Shown here: positions 1-9,982 of the stretch, piece by piece
Position numbering within the stretch: position 1 is the first letter of the stretch
Layout of the letters: every line of letters starts with the position of its first letter
Assembly (NCBI GenBank): GCA_964570515.1
Contig: CAZMYM010000007.1
Span: 9,397-73,396, forward strand
Reading direction: 5' to 3'
DNA from: an uncultured Thermotogae bacterium
Lineage (GTDB): Bacteria > Bipolaricaulota > Bipolaricaulia > UBA7950 > UBA9294
Length of the DNA stretch: 64,000 bases
Position numbers and translations under genes: made by a program
The notes under the pieces: generated by a model
The model's database searches: none
The model's input: the letters and a program-made list of their open reading frames with translations, nothing else
Told to the model about the DNA's origin: nothing

Positions 1-549
1 TTCCTCGACTCGGGACCGATTCCGACGAGCGACGGACCGATCCGCTATGCAAGCCAAGGAGTGACGGGATCGATTGGCGTACCGCTCGGTCCCGTCGGGT
101 TCGGAGCGCGCTGGCGTTTCTTCCGGCTCTCTTCTCCATCCTCTGGTCAGGGCTGGGCATTGGACCCCGCGGTGCTCGTCGTGACGAAGAGCGTTCGGAT
201 CGGACTCGTGGCTGAGGGACTGTTCTCGGCGCCCGTCTCCTACGAGAGCGGAGCGGAGGAAACCTTCGGGCGGTCCCTGCGGCTCGGAGCGGCCCTGCTG
301 CTCGAGCCGGCGCGTGGCGTGCGATGGAACGCGACGTTCGAGGCGTCGGGGCTGTTCTCCGCGTTGGCGACGTTGGCGGTGGGGCTCGAAACGTGGATCG
401 GAGGGCTCGGAGCGCGCGTCGGCTTCGACGGACGGGGTCCGACGTTCGGTCTCTCGATTCGCTTCACCACGTTGGAGATCGATTGGGCGTACGCGAGCCG
501 GAGCGACCTTGGCGACAGTCACCGCGTAGAGCTGTCCCTGCGCTTCTGA
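1..549 (+). CDS. Partial (5'-truncated by window edge) outer-membrane beta-barrel-like protein
   Basis: The frame is open from nt 1, so the GTG at 61 is only the ORF-track start. Alternating hydrophobic beta-strand pattern; C-terminus 'HRVELSLRF' ends in Phe, as in OMP beta-barrels. Confidence 0.45.
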   Translation, partial: FLDSGPIPTSDGPIRYASQGVTGSIGVPLGPVGFGARWRFFRLSSPSSGQGWALDPAVLVVTKSVRIGLVAEGLFSAPVSYESGAEETFGRSLRLGAALLLEPARGVRWNATFEASGLFSALATLAVGLETWIGGLGARVGFDGRGPTFGLSIRFTTLEIDWAYASRSDLGDSHRVELSLRF

Positions 550-553
550 CCTC

Positions 554-3500
554 GTGAAAGGAGACACCATGTCCGCTGTTTGCCGGATCGGGATTCTGCT
601 CGCCGTCGGGCTCTCAATGGTGGCGTTCTCGCCGGTGGCTTGCGCCCAGGACGATGATTCGTTTACCGCTGAACTCGACGGACGCAAGACGTGGACCATT
701 CGCTATGGCTTCGGTAACCCATTTGGGTTGGCGGGTGCAGGCGTTGCGGCGGGACAAATCGCGCTCGATCAGACCCTGGCCGTCGATCTGCGTGCGGAAG
801 CGCTCTCGATCCTCACCGTCGAGGGGCATTTCGATGACCAGCGAGACGAGAGTCTTCAGTCTCTGACCGTCTATCTGGACACGGACAGGCTTGACGGAGT
901 GTTCGGCGATTTCGCTGTCGAAGGGCTGAGTGGATTCAGCTCACAGCGCCGGAAAATGATGGGAGGACGTCTCGACTATTCGCTGGGGGATGCGACGCTG
1001 ACCGCGGTCGCGGGCAGCTTTGAGGGAATCACGGAGTCGAAGACGTTCATCGGTCAAACGGCCGAAGCCGAGGTCGTGTTCTCTTCCGTCGTCGCGGATC
1101 GACCGTGGATTAGACCGCCGTACGGGCGGGGGATCGACGGCCTGTTTGCCTATCCGCTGGACGAGCTCTACGTCGAGGAGATCAGCACGGTCCGAATCTC
1201 GCTGCCCGGCAGTGATCCGGTCCGATCTGTCCTGGATGCGTACGGGCTGGCGTATCTGTCCGAGATTTTCGCCGATGAACCGGAGACGGATCTCGAGGCC
1301 ACCGCGTTCACGGTGATTGGCGCTGATGAGCAGACGCTTCTACTGAACGAGATGCCGGCCGAATTGACTCGGGGACGCCTGGAAGACGCGATCGATGCTT
1401 TCAACGAGAAGCATGAACTGTCGGGATTGGACCGTCGCGTGTACCCGTTCGTGCCGGGCTCAGACTATGAGGCCTCTTGTCTCGACGCGCTTGCGGGGCA
1501 CACGAGTCTTGTTGTGGACGACGACGATCATCCGATCGAGGATGCTGTGAAACGGCGATTCTATGACCTCGGCCGGACGCAGGTCCTCGCGACATCGGTT
1601 GCCGTAGAGATCAGCACTGATGGGGTTTCGTACACACAGATCGTGCGCCCGGAACTCTCAGACTACGTGGCGTTTGTCCACTCGGAAGAGGGGATTCTTG
1701 AGATCGACTTCCCTGCGGGTTTCTTCGAGAACGAGCAGGCGTCGATCCGCGTTCGCTTCTCGTACACCGTCACTGGCGGCTCATACATGCTGGGCTTCTC
1801 GCTGGTGCCGGGAAGTGAGCGAATCACCGTCAACGACGTCCCCCTCACGGGAGATGCCTACGAACTTGACTACGAGATCGGCTTGCTGATCCTCCTGATC
1901 GAGATCGCCGAGACAGACGTCATTCGCGTTGAGTACGAGCGATTCGGTGGCGGACTCGGCGGGGCGTCCGACTACGCCCGGTACTTCAGGGGCCTGACGC
2001 TCGATCTCCCCGTGTCCGGTGTTGTGCATCTTGTGGCGACGCTGCAGCAAGGTGTCGATGACGCCGATTCCGTCACTGACCCGGAACGCGTGAGGACGAT
2101 GCCGAACCGGCAGACAGTGGCCGGCATCAGTGGGACGGTCACGTTGGATGGTTTCGCAGGGGACTTCGCTTTCGGCTACGGCGCCGACGTGTTTCCGCCG
2201 GGCGATAACGTGCGACCGGCGTCGCCGAACGAAGTGACGGCAATCGTCGAAAGCTCAGGCTATCTCTTCGTCGGTCACCGATCAGGTTTCAGTGTCCTGC
2301 GGGAAGGTGCGTGGCGCGCGTACGGCGTTTCCGACGGGCTCTCCGGGCGATCGGTCCGGGCGATTACCGCGGGATCCGGTCGAGCGTTCATCGGGACGAA
2401 CGCGGGATTGACCGTCGTCACCCTGACCGGGGTGGCCCCCCTTGACCGCGCCGGGAGCTGGTTGCGATACGGGGAGAGTGACGGTCTGCGAGATCCGTCG
2501 ATTCGAGCTCTTCTCCTGCGCGAGGAACGGCTTTGGATCGCAGCCGACACGGGACTTGTCCACGTCGAAGTCGAGGAGCTTGACGACCCGGCGGCCTGGG
2601 TGGCGGTTGACCTGACGGACCTCGGCGGAATCACGGCGCTTGCCGACGGGGGCGATGCGCTCTACGTCGGGACTGAGACGGGCGCGTATCGCTTCGATCC
2701 GATGTCGAACGAGATCGACCTTCTCGCGGGGACCCGGGGGCTTCGAATCTACGCCCTCGTGCCTTCCGACGGGACCCTTTACGTGTGCTCCGATCGGGGT
2801 CTACGTACGTATCGAGAAGGCGTGGGAACCGGGTGGGTGGAGTTCGGAACGCCTGTGTATGCAGGGACTGTTTTCGAGGGTGGTCTGTACTACGGAACGG
2901 ACGCGGGGATGGCGCGTGCCTCGGACGGGGCGAGGTTCTACAGCGACTGGAGGATCTCGGCCTTGAGCGTGGACGGGCAGGGATCGTTGTGGGCGGGCAG
3001 CCGGGCTGATATGCAGTATGCCTTGATGCTGTGGCGGCGCGGTGAGAGAGAAGACACGTTCGACAACGTCACAGCGAGAATCGATGGACGCGATCCGGCT
3101 CTGTTCGGCGCAATGACGGCCGATGAGCACACGGCCGAGGGTCTCTTCGGGCGAGCCTCATTCCATCATGAGGCGGATCGGTTCACGCTGCGCGGAAACG
3201 TCGAGACAGTTTCGCCGGGCTATCGCTCGATCGGTGCGGGTGTGGGGGGTGGGGCGACAGGATGGGAAGTGGATGCTGCGATCACCCCTTGGGACGACGT
3301 CCAGGTACTGGCCTCTCACGAGTACATGCAGCGAGCGATGTCAGGAGGCTCGCTGCGGGTGAGAACGGCGAACAGCATTGCCTTCACGGGGTCGTTCGGC
3401 CCGACCATCTCGCTCTCGGTTTACCAGGAGAGCGCCAGCGACAATCCATTCCGCGCGGGGCCTGAGAACGCCTCGTACTCGTTCCAGTCGTCGGTTCTCG

Positions 3501-4558
3501 ATTCGCTGTTTGATGACGTGCTGGATCTCTCGATCTCGTGGAGCGCGTCGGCGAGCACGGATCGCGTCATTGGAACCACGGGGAAGGAGAACCGTCTATC
3601 GGCGCGGGCGGGTCTGGCCCTGCCGGCTGGGACGAGGATCTCGATTGACTGGCTGCGCCCTCTGCGGAACGCCGCCGGCTCCTGGAGCGGACGCGAGGCG
3701 TGGACGCTCGGCGGAGACTGGTCGGGACGCCTCTCGGCGGCGACCGTCTCTGCCGACGGGGTCCTCGAGTTGTCGAGGCCGGTCCCAGGAGGCGAATTCG
3801 ACGCCGTGACGACGGTCGACGCGAGCCTGAATGTCGACGCGTTTGAAGTGAGTGGCTGGCGATTCACGCCGACGGCGGACGCGACATTCAAGCGAGAGGT
3901 CGATGCGACGACACTGACCGGAAAGGCGATTGCACGCGGCGCGTGGGAAGGGCTCACCATCCGCACGACCCTCAGCGGTGAAGCGTCCGGATTGGGGGAA
4001 CCGGTGACGCGCCAGAAGGGCAAGCTCGCGATCTCCGTGAACTACAGCGGCTCGCCGGCGTGGAGGCCCTCCCTGACCTACTCCTCGGACCGGTCGATCA
4101 CGGTCCACGAGGGCGTCGGAAGCGCGACGTCGACCGACCACAGCCTGATCGGCCGCTCGATGTGGTCGGGCGAGGGTTCTTCGGACTCGCTGTCCTTCTC
4201 GATCCGGGTTCACGAGGCGGGAGAAGAGCGACGGGTGACGGGATCGATTGAGAACTCCTATCAGCTCGATCTGACGAAGAGCCTGGCCGCGTGGCTGCCA
4301 TCGGAAGAGACGGGCGGTGGCGAGGCCGAGGTTGTTTTCCCAACGGTGGTGCTTTGCCTGGATTCGAGCGGTGAATACCGCTCGCGTGAAACGGGAGAGA
4401 CGGCGGATGCCGACCTGACGGCCACGGCTCGGTTGGACGTTGCGCTGTCGGAGATGTGGGGCGGATCTCTCTCCGCGTCGTACTTGGTGGGGACGAAGAG
4501 TGCAGGCGGCTTCTACCACAGCTACTTGCTCGAGATGACGGTGGCGGTCAACTTCTAG
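554..4558 (+). CDS. Large (1334 aa) secreted/outer-membrane protein: signal peptide, central beta-propeller-like repeats, C-terminal beta-barrel-like region
   Basis: N-terminal signal peptide 'LLAVGLSMVAFSPVACAQ'. Repeats such as 'GLSGRSVRAITAGSGRAFIGTNAGLTVV', 'GLRDPSIRALLLREERLWIAADTGLVHV' and 'GLRIYALVPSDGTLYVCSDRGLRTY' resemble two-component-regulator propeller blades. C-terminus '...LLEMTVAVNF' ends in Phe. Confidence 0.7.
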   Translation: MKGDTMSAVCRIGILLAVGLSMVAFSPVACAQDDDSFTAELDGRKTWTIRYGFGNPFGLAGAGVAAGQIALDQTLAVDLRAEALSILTVEGHFDDQRDESLQSLTVYLDTDRLDGVFGDFAVEGLSGFSSQRRKMMGGRLDYSLGDATLTAVAGSFEGITESKTFIGQTAEAEVVFSSVVADRPWIRPPYGRGIDGLFAYPLDELYVEEISTVRISLPGSDPVRSVLDAYGLAYLSEIFADEPETDLEATAFTVIGADEQTLLLNEMPAELTRGRLEDAIDAFNEKHELSGLDRRVYPFVPGSDYEASCLDALAGHTSLVVDDDDHPIEDAVKRRFYDLGRTQVLATSVAVEISTDGVSYTQIVRPELSDYVAFVHSEEGILEIDFPAGFFENEQASIRVRFSYTVTGGSYMLGFSLVPGSERITVNDVPLTGDAYELDYEIGLLILLIEIAETDVIRVEYERFGGGLGGASDYARYFRGLTLDLPVSGVVHLVATLQQGVDDADSVTDPERVRTMPNRQTVAGISGTVTLDGFAGDFAFGYGADVFPPGDNVRPASPNEVTAIVESSGYLFVGHRSGFSVLREGAWRAYGVSDGLSGRSVRAITAGSGRAFIGTNAGLTVVTLTGVAPLDRAGSWLRYGESDGLRDPSIRALLLREERLWIAADTGLVHVEVEELDDPAAWVAVDLTDLGGITALADGGDALYVGTETGAYRFDPMSNEIDLLAGTRGLRIYALVPSDGTLYVCSDRGLRTYREGVGTGWVEFGTPVYAGTVFEGGLYYGTDAGMARASDGARFYSDWRISALSVDGQGSLWAGSRADMQYALMLWRRGEREDTFDNVTARIDGRDPALFGAMTADEHTAEGLFGRASFHHEADRFTLRGNVETVSPGYRSIGAGVGGGATGWEVDAAITPWDDVQVLASHEYMQRAMSGGSLRVRTANSIAFTGSFGPTISLSVYQESASDNPFRAGPENASYSFQSSVLDSLFDDVLDLSISWSASASTDRVIGTTGKENRLSARAGLALPAGTRISIDWLRPLRNAAGSWSGREAWTLGGDWSGRLSAATVSADGVLELSRPVPGGEFDAVTTVDASLNVDAFEVSGWRFTPTADATFKREVDATTLTGKAIARGAWEGLTIRTTLSGEASGLGEPVTRQKGKLAISVNYSGSPAWRPSLTYSSDRSITVHEGVGSATSTDHSLIGRSMWSGEGSSDSLSFSIRVHEAGEERRVTGSIENSYQLDLTKSLAAWLPSEETGGGEAEVVFPTVVLCLDSSGEYRSRETGETADADLTATARLDVALSEMWGGSLSASYLVGTKSAGGFYHSYLLEMTVAVNF

Positions 4559-4606
4559 CCGGGTTCGGGTCAGGCTCACCCTCCCCCAGATCGAGCCGAT
4601 CGTGTG

Positions 4607-4921
4607 CTAGCCGCCTCCGATCGGGGGGAGGAAAGCGACGGTGTCGTCTGGATTGAGGTGCGTGCCGAGGTCGTCCAAGAATCTCGCGTTCCGCCCGTTG
4701 ACCAGCACATTCAAAAAACCATCGCGCAGACCTTGCTCGAGCTTGGGAACGACGTCGGGGCAGATCGCGGTCAACGCCTCGAGGAGATCGTGAAGCGTCC
4801 CGTTTTCCCGAATCCCGATCTCCCGGGCGGCCGCGCCGAAGCCATCGCGCAAGGCGCCGAACACCTTGACGGCGACACGAGTCTCTCCCGACACCATTGA
4901 GGCCTTGGACTTTTCGTTCAT
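4607..4921 (-). CDS. moaD: MoaD/ThiS-family ubiquitin-like sulfur-carrier protein
   Basis: 104 aa with the beta-grasp pattern 'VKVFGALRD...LVNGRN...L.DDDTVAFLPPIGGG' and a C-terminal Gly-Gly. Confidence 0.7.
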   Translation of the reverse strand: MNEKSKASMVSGETRVAVKVFGALRDGFGAAAREIGIRENGTLHDLLEALTAICPDVVPKLEQGLRDGFLNVLVNGRNARFLDDLGTHLNPDDTVAFLPPIGGG

Positions 4922-4979
4922 GGAGCTAGTGATACTCGTTTAGCGCGTGCCGTGCAACGAAACAGGGCCTGAGCGTTCG

Positions 4980-5008
4980 TTGGTGCCTGAGAGTCTCCGA
5001 GATATAAT
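4980..5008 (+). promoter_or_regulatory. Candidate sigma70-type promoter for metG (TTGGTG-N17-TATAAT)
   Basis: TATAAT at 5003-5008, with TTGGTG 17 nt upstream; located 37 nt upstream of the metG ATG. Confidence 0.4.
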
Positions 5009-5044
5009 CCTCTACTGTACTTCAGAGCTCGAAGGAGTGGACGG

Positions 5045-7006
5045 ATGGACAAGTCCCGCGTTCTCGTTTGCAGTGCGTGGCCGTACGCGTCGGGCATGCC
5101 CCACTTGGGAAACCTCATCGGCTGTCTTCTGTCAGGGGACGTGTTCGCGCGGTACTACCGCATGCGCGGAAAGGACGTGCTCTACGTCTCCGGGTCGGAC
5201 GTCCATGGGACTCGCGTCGAGTACGAAGCAGAGCGACAGGCGATTCCCCCGGCGACGTTGGCCGAGCGGAACCATCGCCGAATCGTGGAGATCAACCGCG
5301 GCTTCGGAATCGAGTTCGACAACTACACCACGACTGAGACGGCGACGCACAAGGGGTTCGTGCGTGAGATCTACCTCCAGATGGAGTCGAACGGGTACAT
5401 CTGTACGAAGGAGGAGAGGCGCGCGTTCTGCCTCCACTGCGAGCGGTTCCTCGCAGATCGCTTGATCGCGGGAACCTGCCCGCGATGTGGATCCGCGAAC
5501 GCGCTCGGCAATCAGTGCGACTCCTGCGGGGCGATCCTCGAGCCGGAAGAACTGGTGGATCCTACCTGCAGCTTCTGCGGGATGAACGACATCGAGTTCC
5601 GGAAGACGCGGCACTGGTACTTGGACCTGGAACGGCTGAGCGAGCCGTTGCGCGACTACGTGACGTCGAAGAGCTTCCAGGGTAACGTACGCTTGTACAC
5701 GGAGCGGATGCTCGATGAGGGGCTTCGCCCTCGCGCGATGACCCGTGATATCGACTGGGGAATCGCCGCCCCATTCGAAGGAGCGGAGGGGAAGGTCATC
5801 TACGTATGGGGCGAGGCGGCTCTCGGCTACGTTTCGGCAGTGATTGAGCACTTCGACGGCGTCGAGCGGTGGAAGGACTTCTGGTTCGGCGACGACGTCC
5901 ATCAGGTGTACACCTTGGCGAAAGACAACATCGCGTTCCACACCCTGATCTTCCCCGGCCAGCTGATCGCGTCGGGCCAGGGCTACCACTTGCCGGATCA
6001 GATCGCCGCCACTGAATACCTGAACTGGGTCGGAGGCGGCAGCTTCTCCAAGACTCGCGGCGTCGGCCTGTACTGCGACGACGCTCTGGAAGTGATGGAT
6101 GGCGAGCTGTGGCGGTTCTATCTGCTATACAACCGGCCGGAAGGGCGCGACGTCAACTTCTCGTGGGAAGAGCTGGAGAAGGCGGTCAACGGCGTGTTGA
6201 TCTCGAATGTCGCGAACCTGATGAATCGCGTCATCTCCTTCGTTCAAACGCAGTTCGACGGTGTCGTGCCGCGCGTCGATCTCGACCCTGAAGTCGTCGA
6301 ACGCGTCGACGCGGGGAGGACGACCTATGAAGACGCGCTGGAACGGGGTGCGCTGGGCGAGGCGCTGCGATCCGTCTGCGAACTGGCTGTGTTCGGGAAC
6401 GAGTACTTCCAGAGGAAGAAGCCTTGGGAGACGAAGGACGAGGCGGCTGTAGCGAGCGGCGTGTACCTGGTCAAGGGGATGGCGATCCAACTGGCGCCGT
6501 ATCTGCCGAGATTCGCGTCTGCGGTGCTGTCGGTGCTGGGCGTGTCCGATCCGCGGTGGGAGGACATCGACCGTTCCATCGGAGGATCGAAGCTGGGAGA
6601 GGAGCGCGTTCTGCTCGAGCGGATTGATGTTGGTGAGATCCGCGAACGCGTGGAGCGACAGGAAGAGCGAGTTGAGGAGACCGAAGTGGCCATTTCGTTC
6701 TCAGATTTCGAGAAGGTGGATCTTCGTGTTGGCGTGATTGCCGCAGCTTCAGAGGTCGCGGGGGCCGAGAAGCTGTTGCAGCTCTCGGTCGATTTCGGAG
6801 ATCGTACGCGAAGCTGTGTCGCCGGCATCAAGGAGAGCTACGCGCCGGACGACTTGATCGGGAAGCACGTGGTCGCGGTGGTCAACCTGGAACCCCGGAC
6901 GATACGTGGACTACAATCAGAGTGCATGCTTCTTGCCGCGCAGGGTGAGGAGCTTTCGCTTGTAGTCGTCGACAGGCCTGTGGAGCCGGGGAGTGCGATT
7001 TCTTAG
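5045..7006 (+). CDS. metG: Methionyl-tRNA synthetase with C-terminal tRNA-binding (Trbp111/EMAP-like) domain
   Basis: Class I signatures 'PYASGMPHLGNL' (HIGH-like) and 'SFSKTRG' (KMSKS-like), a Zn-knuckle 'CPRCG...CDSCG', and the C-terminal motif 'DLRVGVI...VVNLEPRTIRG'. Confidence 0.95.
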   Translation: MDKSRVLVCSAWPYASGMPHLGNLIGCLLSGDVFARYYRMRGKDVLYVSGSDVHGTRVEYEAERQAIPPATLAERNHRRIVEINRGFGIEFDNYTTTETATHKGFVREIYLQMESNGYICTKEERRAFCLHCERFLADRLIAGTCPRCGSANALGNQCDSCGAILEPEELVDPTCSFCGMNDIEFRKTRHWYLDLERLSEPLRDYVTSKSFQGNVRLYTERMLDEGLRPRAMTRDIDWGIAAPFEGAEGKVIYVWGEAALGYVSAVIEHFDGVERWKDFWFGDDVHQVYTLAKDNIAFHTLIFPGQLIASGQGYHLPDQIAATEYLNWVGGGSFSKTRGVGLYCDDALEVMDGELWRFYLLYNRPEGRDVNFSWEELEKAVNGVLISNVANLMNRVISFVQTQFDGVVPRVDLDPEVVERVDAGRTTYEDALERGALGEALRSVCELAVFGNEYFQRKKPWETKDEAAVASGVYLVKGMAIQLAPYLPRFASAVLSVLGVSDPRWEDIDRSIGGSKLGEERVLLERIDVGEIRERVERQEERVEETEVAISFSDFEKVDLRVGVIAAASEVAGAEKLLQLSVDFGDRTRSCVAGIKESYAPDDLIGKHVVAVVNLEPRTIRGLQSECMLLAAQGEELSLVVVDRPVEPGSAIS

Positions 7007-7065
7007 TGCATTGAAATGGGGATTGCCGACGGCTAGAATCGGCTCCAATCGAGGTGGGAAGCTGA

Positions 7066-7380
7066 ATGTATGCAGTGATAGAGACAGGCGGCAAACAGTA
7101 CCGAGTTGAACAGGGAACGCTCCTCGAGCACGAGCGCATCACGGGTGTCGAAGTTGACGACGAGATCGTGTTTGATCGGGTTCTCCTGTTGGCGAATGAC
7201 GCCGATATCCGGGTGGGGACTCCGCACCTCGAGAACGTCACGGTGAAGGGCCGTGTACGTGCTGAGGAGCGAGGCGAGAAGATCATCGTCTACAAGTACA
7301 AGAGCAAGAAGGGATACCGCCGGAAGCAAGGCCATCGACAGCCGGTCATGAAGACGGAGATCACAGGAATCGAAGGATAG
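7066..7380 (+). CDS. rplU: 50S ribosomal protein L21
   Basis: N-terminus 'MYAVIETGGKQYRVEQG' and '...KYKSKKGYRRKQGHRQ'. Confidence 0.95.
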   Translation: MYAVIETGGKQYRVEQGTLLEHERITGVEVDDEIVFDRVLLLANDADIRVGTPHLENVTVKGRVRAEERGEKIIVYKYKSKKGYRRKQGHRQPVMKTEITGIEG

Positions 7381-7388
7381 GGGAGAGC

Positions 7389-7712
7389 GTGGGGGAAGTA
7401 CTGATCCAACGTGACGAACGAAACCGCGTGACCGGCTTGAGCGTTCGCGACCTTGAAGGTGAGACGACTGCTGGAGCGACCGCGCTGCACCTGATGCGGG
7501 CGGTGACGGCGTCGCTTGTCGATTACCTGCACGTGCCGGTCCAGTCTCCCGAATCGGAGGCAATTGGGCTGGCGATCGATCGGTGCCATACGTACTTGGA
7601 TCGTGAACTCGATGCGGTTCTCGAGACGCTGATCATTGGCCTGAAGATGCTGGAGAAGGAATATCCGACCGATCTGGTGGTCGTGGAGGCCGCCGTCGGT
7701 GTGGAAGTGTAG
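7389..7712 (+). CDS. Prp (DUF464, L27-processing cysteine protease) homologue lacking the catalytic His/Cys
   Basis: Sits in the conserved L21-Prp-L27 position. The C-terminal half 'LETLIIGLKMLEKEYPTDLVV' matches the Prp pattern. The GHA...DIVCAA region is replaced by 'DLEGETTAGATALHLMRAVTAS'. Confidence 0.65.
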   Translation: MGEVLIQRDERNRVTGLSVRDLEGETTAGATALHLMRAVTASLVDYLHVPVQSPESEAIGLAIDRCHTYLDRELDAVLETLIIGLKMLEKEYPTDLVVVEAAVGVEV

Positions 7713-7791
7713 CGCTGAATCTCCCACCCAAGACGCCAAGTCGCGAGCGCAACTCGGGGTCGTCGGGCGGCAAGAAAGATAGGGAGTTGAG

Positions 7792-8049
7792 ATGGCACAC
7801 AAGACGAGCACGGGCTCAACGCAGAACGTCCATGACAGCCCGGGGCAGCGGCTGGGCGTGAAACGCTTCGGCGGAGAATGGGTGAATGCAGGGACGATCA
7901 TTGTCCGGCAGCGAGGAACGGTGTACGCGCTGGGCAAGAACGTCGGTTTGGGAAGGGACTTCACCATCTACGCTACTGCGCCGGGCTACGTTCGCTTCGA
8001 GGGCAGCAGCAAGAAGTTCGTCAGCGTTCTTCCGACATCCGAGGCCTGA
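7792..8049 (+). CDS. rpmA: 50S ribosomal protein L27 (no N-terminal propeptide)
   Basis: '[29 protein letters not shown]...IIVRQRGT'. Confidence 0.95.
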   Translation: MAHKTSTGSTQNVHDSPGQRLGVKRFGGEWVNAGTIIVRQRGTVYALGKNVGLGRDFTIYATAPGYVRFEGSSKKFVSVLPTSEA

Positions 8050-8077
8050 GGATCGATGATCCTCTCGGCCAACGCCG

Positions 8078-9355
8078 ATGTTTCTGGATGAGGCCATCGT
8101 CCGGGTTCGCGCGGGGCGTGGTGGTAATGGGTCGATGCACTTCCTATCCACCCGGCATAGCCCGCGTGGCGGTCCCGATGGTGGGAACGGAGGACCCGGG
8201 GGTGCCGTCATCCTTCGAGCCTCCCGTAGCGTCTCCACTCTGTATTCGTTCCGGAATCGCCCCCGTTTCGTTGCGGGAGACGGGGTCGACGGGCGGCGGA
8301 GCGGCTGTCACGGGCGGGCGGGCGAGGATCGAACCGTCCTGGTGCCGGTGGGGACGGTCGTTCGCGACTCAAAGACTGGCGAAGTCCTGGCCGACTTGAG
8401 CGGCCCGGGCGACGAGGTCGTCGTCGCGCGTGGCGGCGAGCGCGGGCGGGGGAACGCGAGCTTCACAACAGCAACGCGACAGGGGCCACGGATTTGCGAG
8501 CGAGGCCTGGCCGGGGAAGAAAGCGTCCTTCAACTGGAGCTGAAGCTGATTGCCGACGTTGGCATCATCGGCTACCCGAACGTCGGCAAGTCGAGCCTGA
8601 TCCGCCGCGTCTCGGCGGTTCGTGCGAAGGTGGCCGACTACCCATTCACGACGACCACCCCCAACCTTGGCGTCGTTGATGTCGATGGGCGTGGCGAGTT
8701 CGTCGCCGTCGACATTCCTGGGTTGATCGAGGGCGCGCACGAAGGGAAGGGATTGGGTGACCGCTTCCTACGTCACGTCGAACGGACGAGGCTGTTCATC
8801 CACATGATCGACTTGGCGACGACGGACGAAGGACGAGCCCCGGTCGACGATTACCGCAGCATTCTGAGCGAACTGGAGTCGTTCAATCCGCGGTTGGCCG
8901 AGCGGACGCACGTCGTGGTAGGAAACAAGATCGATCTGCTGGATGAGGAGGATGTCGAGGCTGCCGTTCAGCAGTTTGGGCAGCTTGAGCTTACGCTGTG
9001 GCCGGTTTCGGTGGCGATGGGGGCAGGAATCCGCGATCTGGTGACGCGAGTGCACCGGCAGCTGCAAGAAGAGATCGAGCGCGAGGTCTCCTCGCCCGCG
9101 GTGGTCCGGCGGAAGGTCTACAGGCTTCGGGGAGACACAGGATTCCGTGTCGACCGCGACGAAGAAGGTTTCGTCGTGCGTGGTGAGCAGGTTGAGAAGG
9201 TCGTGCGAAAGCTCATTCTCAACAGCCAAGACGCGCTGGAGTACCTGACGGATCGGCTGGAGAAGATGGGAGTTCTGAAGGAGCTGCGGCGGCAAGGGTT
9301 CGCCGCGGGGGATGCGGTTCGGATTGGCGAGGTGGAGTTTGAGCTTGACGGGTAG
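8078..9355 (+). CDS. obg: GTPase Obg/CgtA
   Basis: Obg fold 'MFLDEAIVRVRAGRGGNGSMHF', G-domain 'GYPNVGKSSL...DIPGLIEGA...NKIDL', and a C-terminal OCT-like domain. Confidence 0.95.
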   Translation: MFLDEAIVRVRAGRGGNGSMHFLSTRHSPRGGPDGGNGGPGGAVILRASRSVSTLYSFRNRPRFVAGDGVDGRRSGCHGRAGEDRTVLVPVGTVVRDSKTGEVLADLSGPGDEVVVARGGERGRGNASFTTATRQGPRICERGLAGEESVLQLELKLIADVGIIGYPNVGKSSLIRRVSAVRAKVADYPFTTTTPNLGVVDVDGRGEFVAVDIPGLIEGAHEGKGLGDRFLRHVERTRLFIHMIDLATTDEGRAPVDDYRSILSELESFNPRLAERTHVVVGNKIDLLDEEDVEAAVQQFGQLELTLWPVSVAMGAGIRDLVTRVHRQLQEEIEREVSSPAVVRRKVYRLRGDTGFRVDRDEEGFVVRGEQVEKVVRKLILNSQDALEYLTDRLEKMGVLKELRRQGFAAGDAVRIGEVEFELDG

Positions 9356-9947
9356 AGTCGGAGTGTTCGGCGGCACGTTCAACCCGATTCACAATGGGCA
9401 CATCCTGATTGCCAGGACTGCGGTTTCGCAGTTCGAGCTCTCGCAGGTCGTGTTCATCCCGAACGGGATACCGCCTGACAGGCAGAAGGAAGCGCGACCA
9501 GGCAAGGAAGACCGCTTCCAGATGGTCGCCGATGCGGTCGCTGGCGAAGACGGGCTAGATGTTTCGCGCATCGAGGTGGATCGCGAAGGGCCATCCTATA
9601 CCATTGACACGATTCGGGCTTTGAAGGAAGATTACCGGGAAGGGATCTGCTTCATCATCGGAGCGGATCGCCTGGCTCGAATTGACAGATGGAAAGAACC
9701 GGAAGCGATCATCGCGAGTGTGCCGTTCATCGTCGCGCCGCGCGCGGGTGTGTCGCTCTCTGCTTTCGACCGGGGACTGTTCGTTGAGGCGTCGGTTTGG
9801 GCGCTTGAGATGTCTGAGGTTGACCTCTCATCGACGGTTCTGCGCGAGAGAGTGCGGCGAGGCGAGCCGATCCGAGAATCGGTTCCCGCTTCCGTGGAGG
9901 CGTACATCGTGAAGCACAGGCTGTATCGGGGTGCCGAAGAGGCGTAG
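9312..9947 (+). CDS. nadD: Nicotinate-nucleotide adenylyltransferase
   Basis: 'GVFGGTFNPIHNGH' (HxGH motif). The start is uncertain: ATG 9312 overlaps the obg 3' end, and the in-frame TTG 9345 or GTG 9363 are alternatives. Confidence 0.85.
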   Translation: MRFGLARWSLSLTGRVGVFGGTFNPIHNGHILIARTAVSQFELSQVVFIPNGIPPDRQKEARPGKEDRFQMVADAVAGEDGLDVSRIEVDREGPSYTIDTIRALKEDYREGICFIIGADRLARIDRWKEPEAIIASVPFIVAPRAGVSLSAFDRGLFVEASVWALEMSEVDLSSTVLRERVRRGEPIRESVPASVEAYIVKHRLYRGAEEA

Positions 9948-9982
9948 AGTCGGAAGAGGAGGCTGGAATACAGAGCAGGAGA

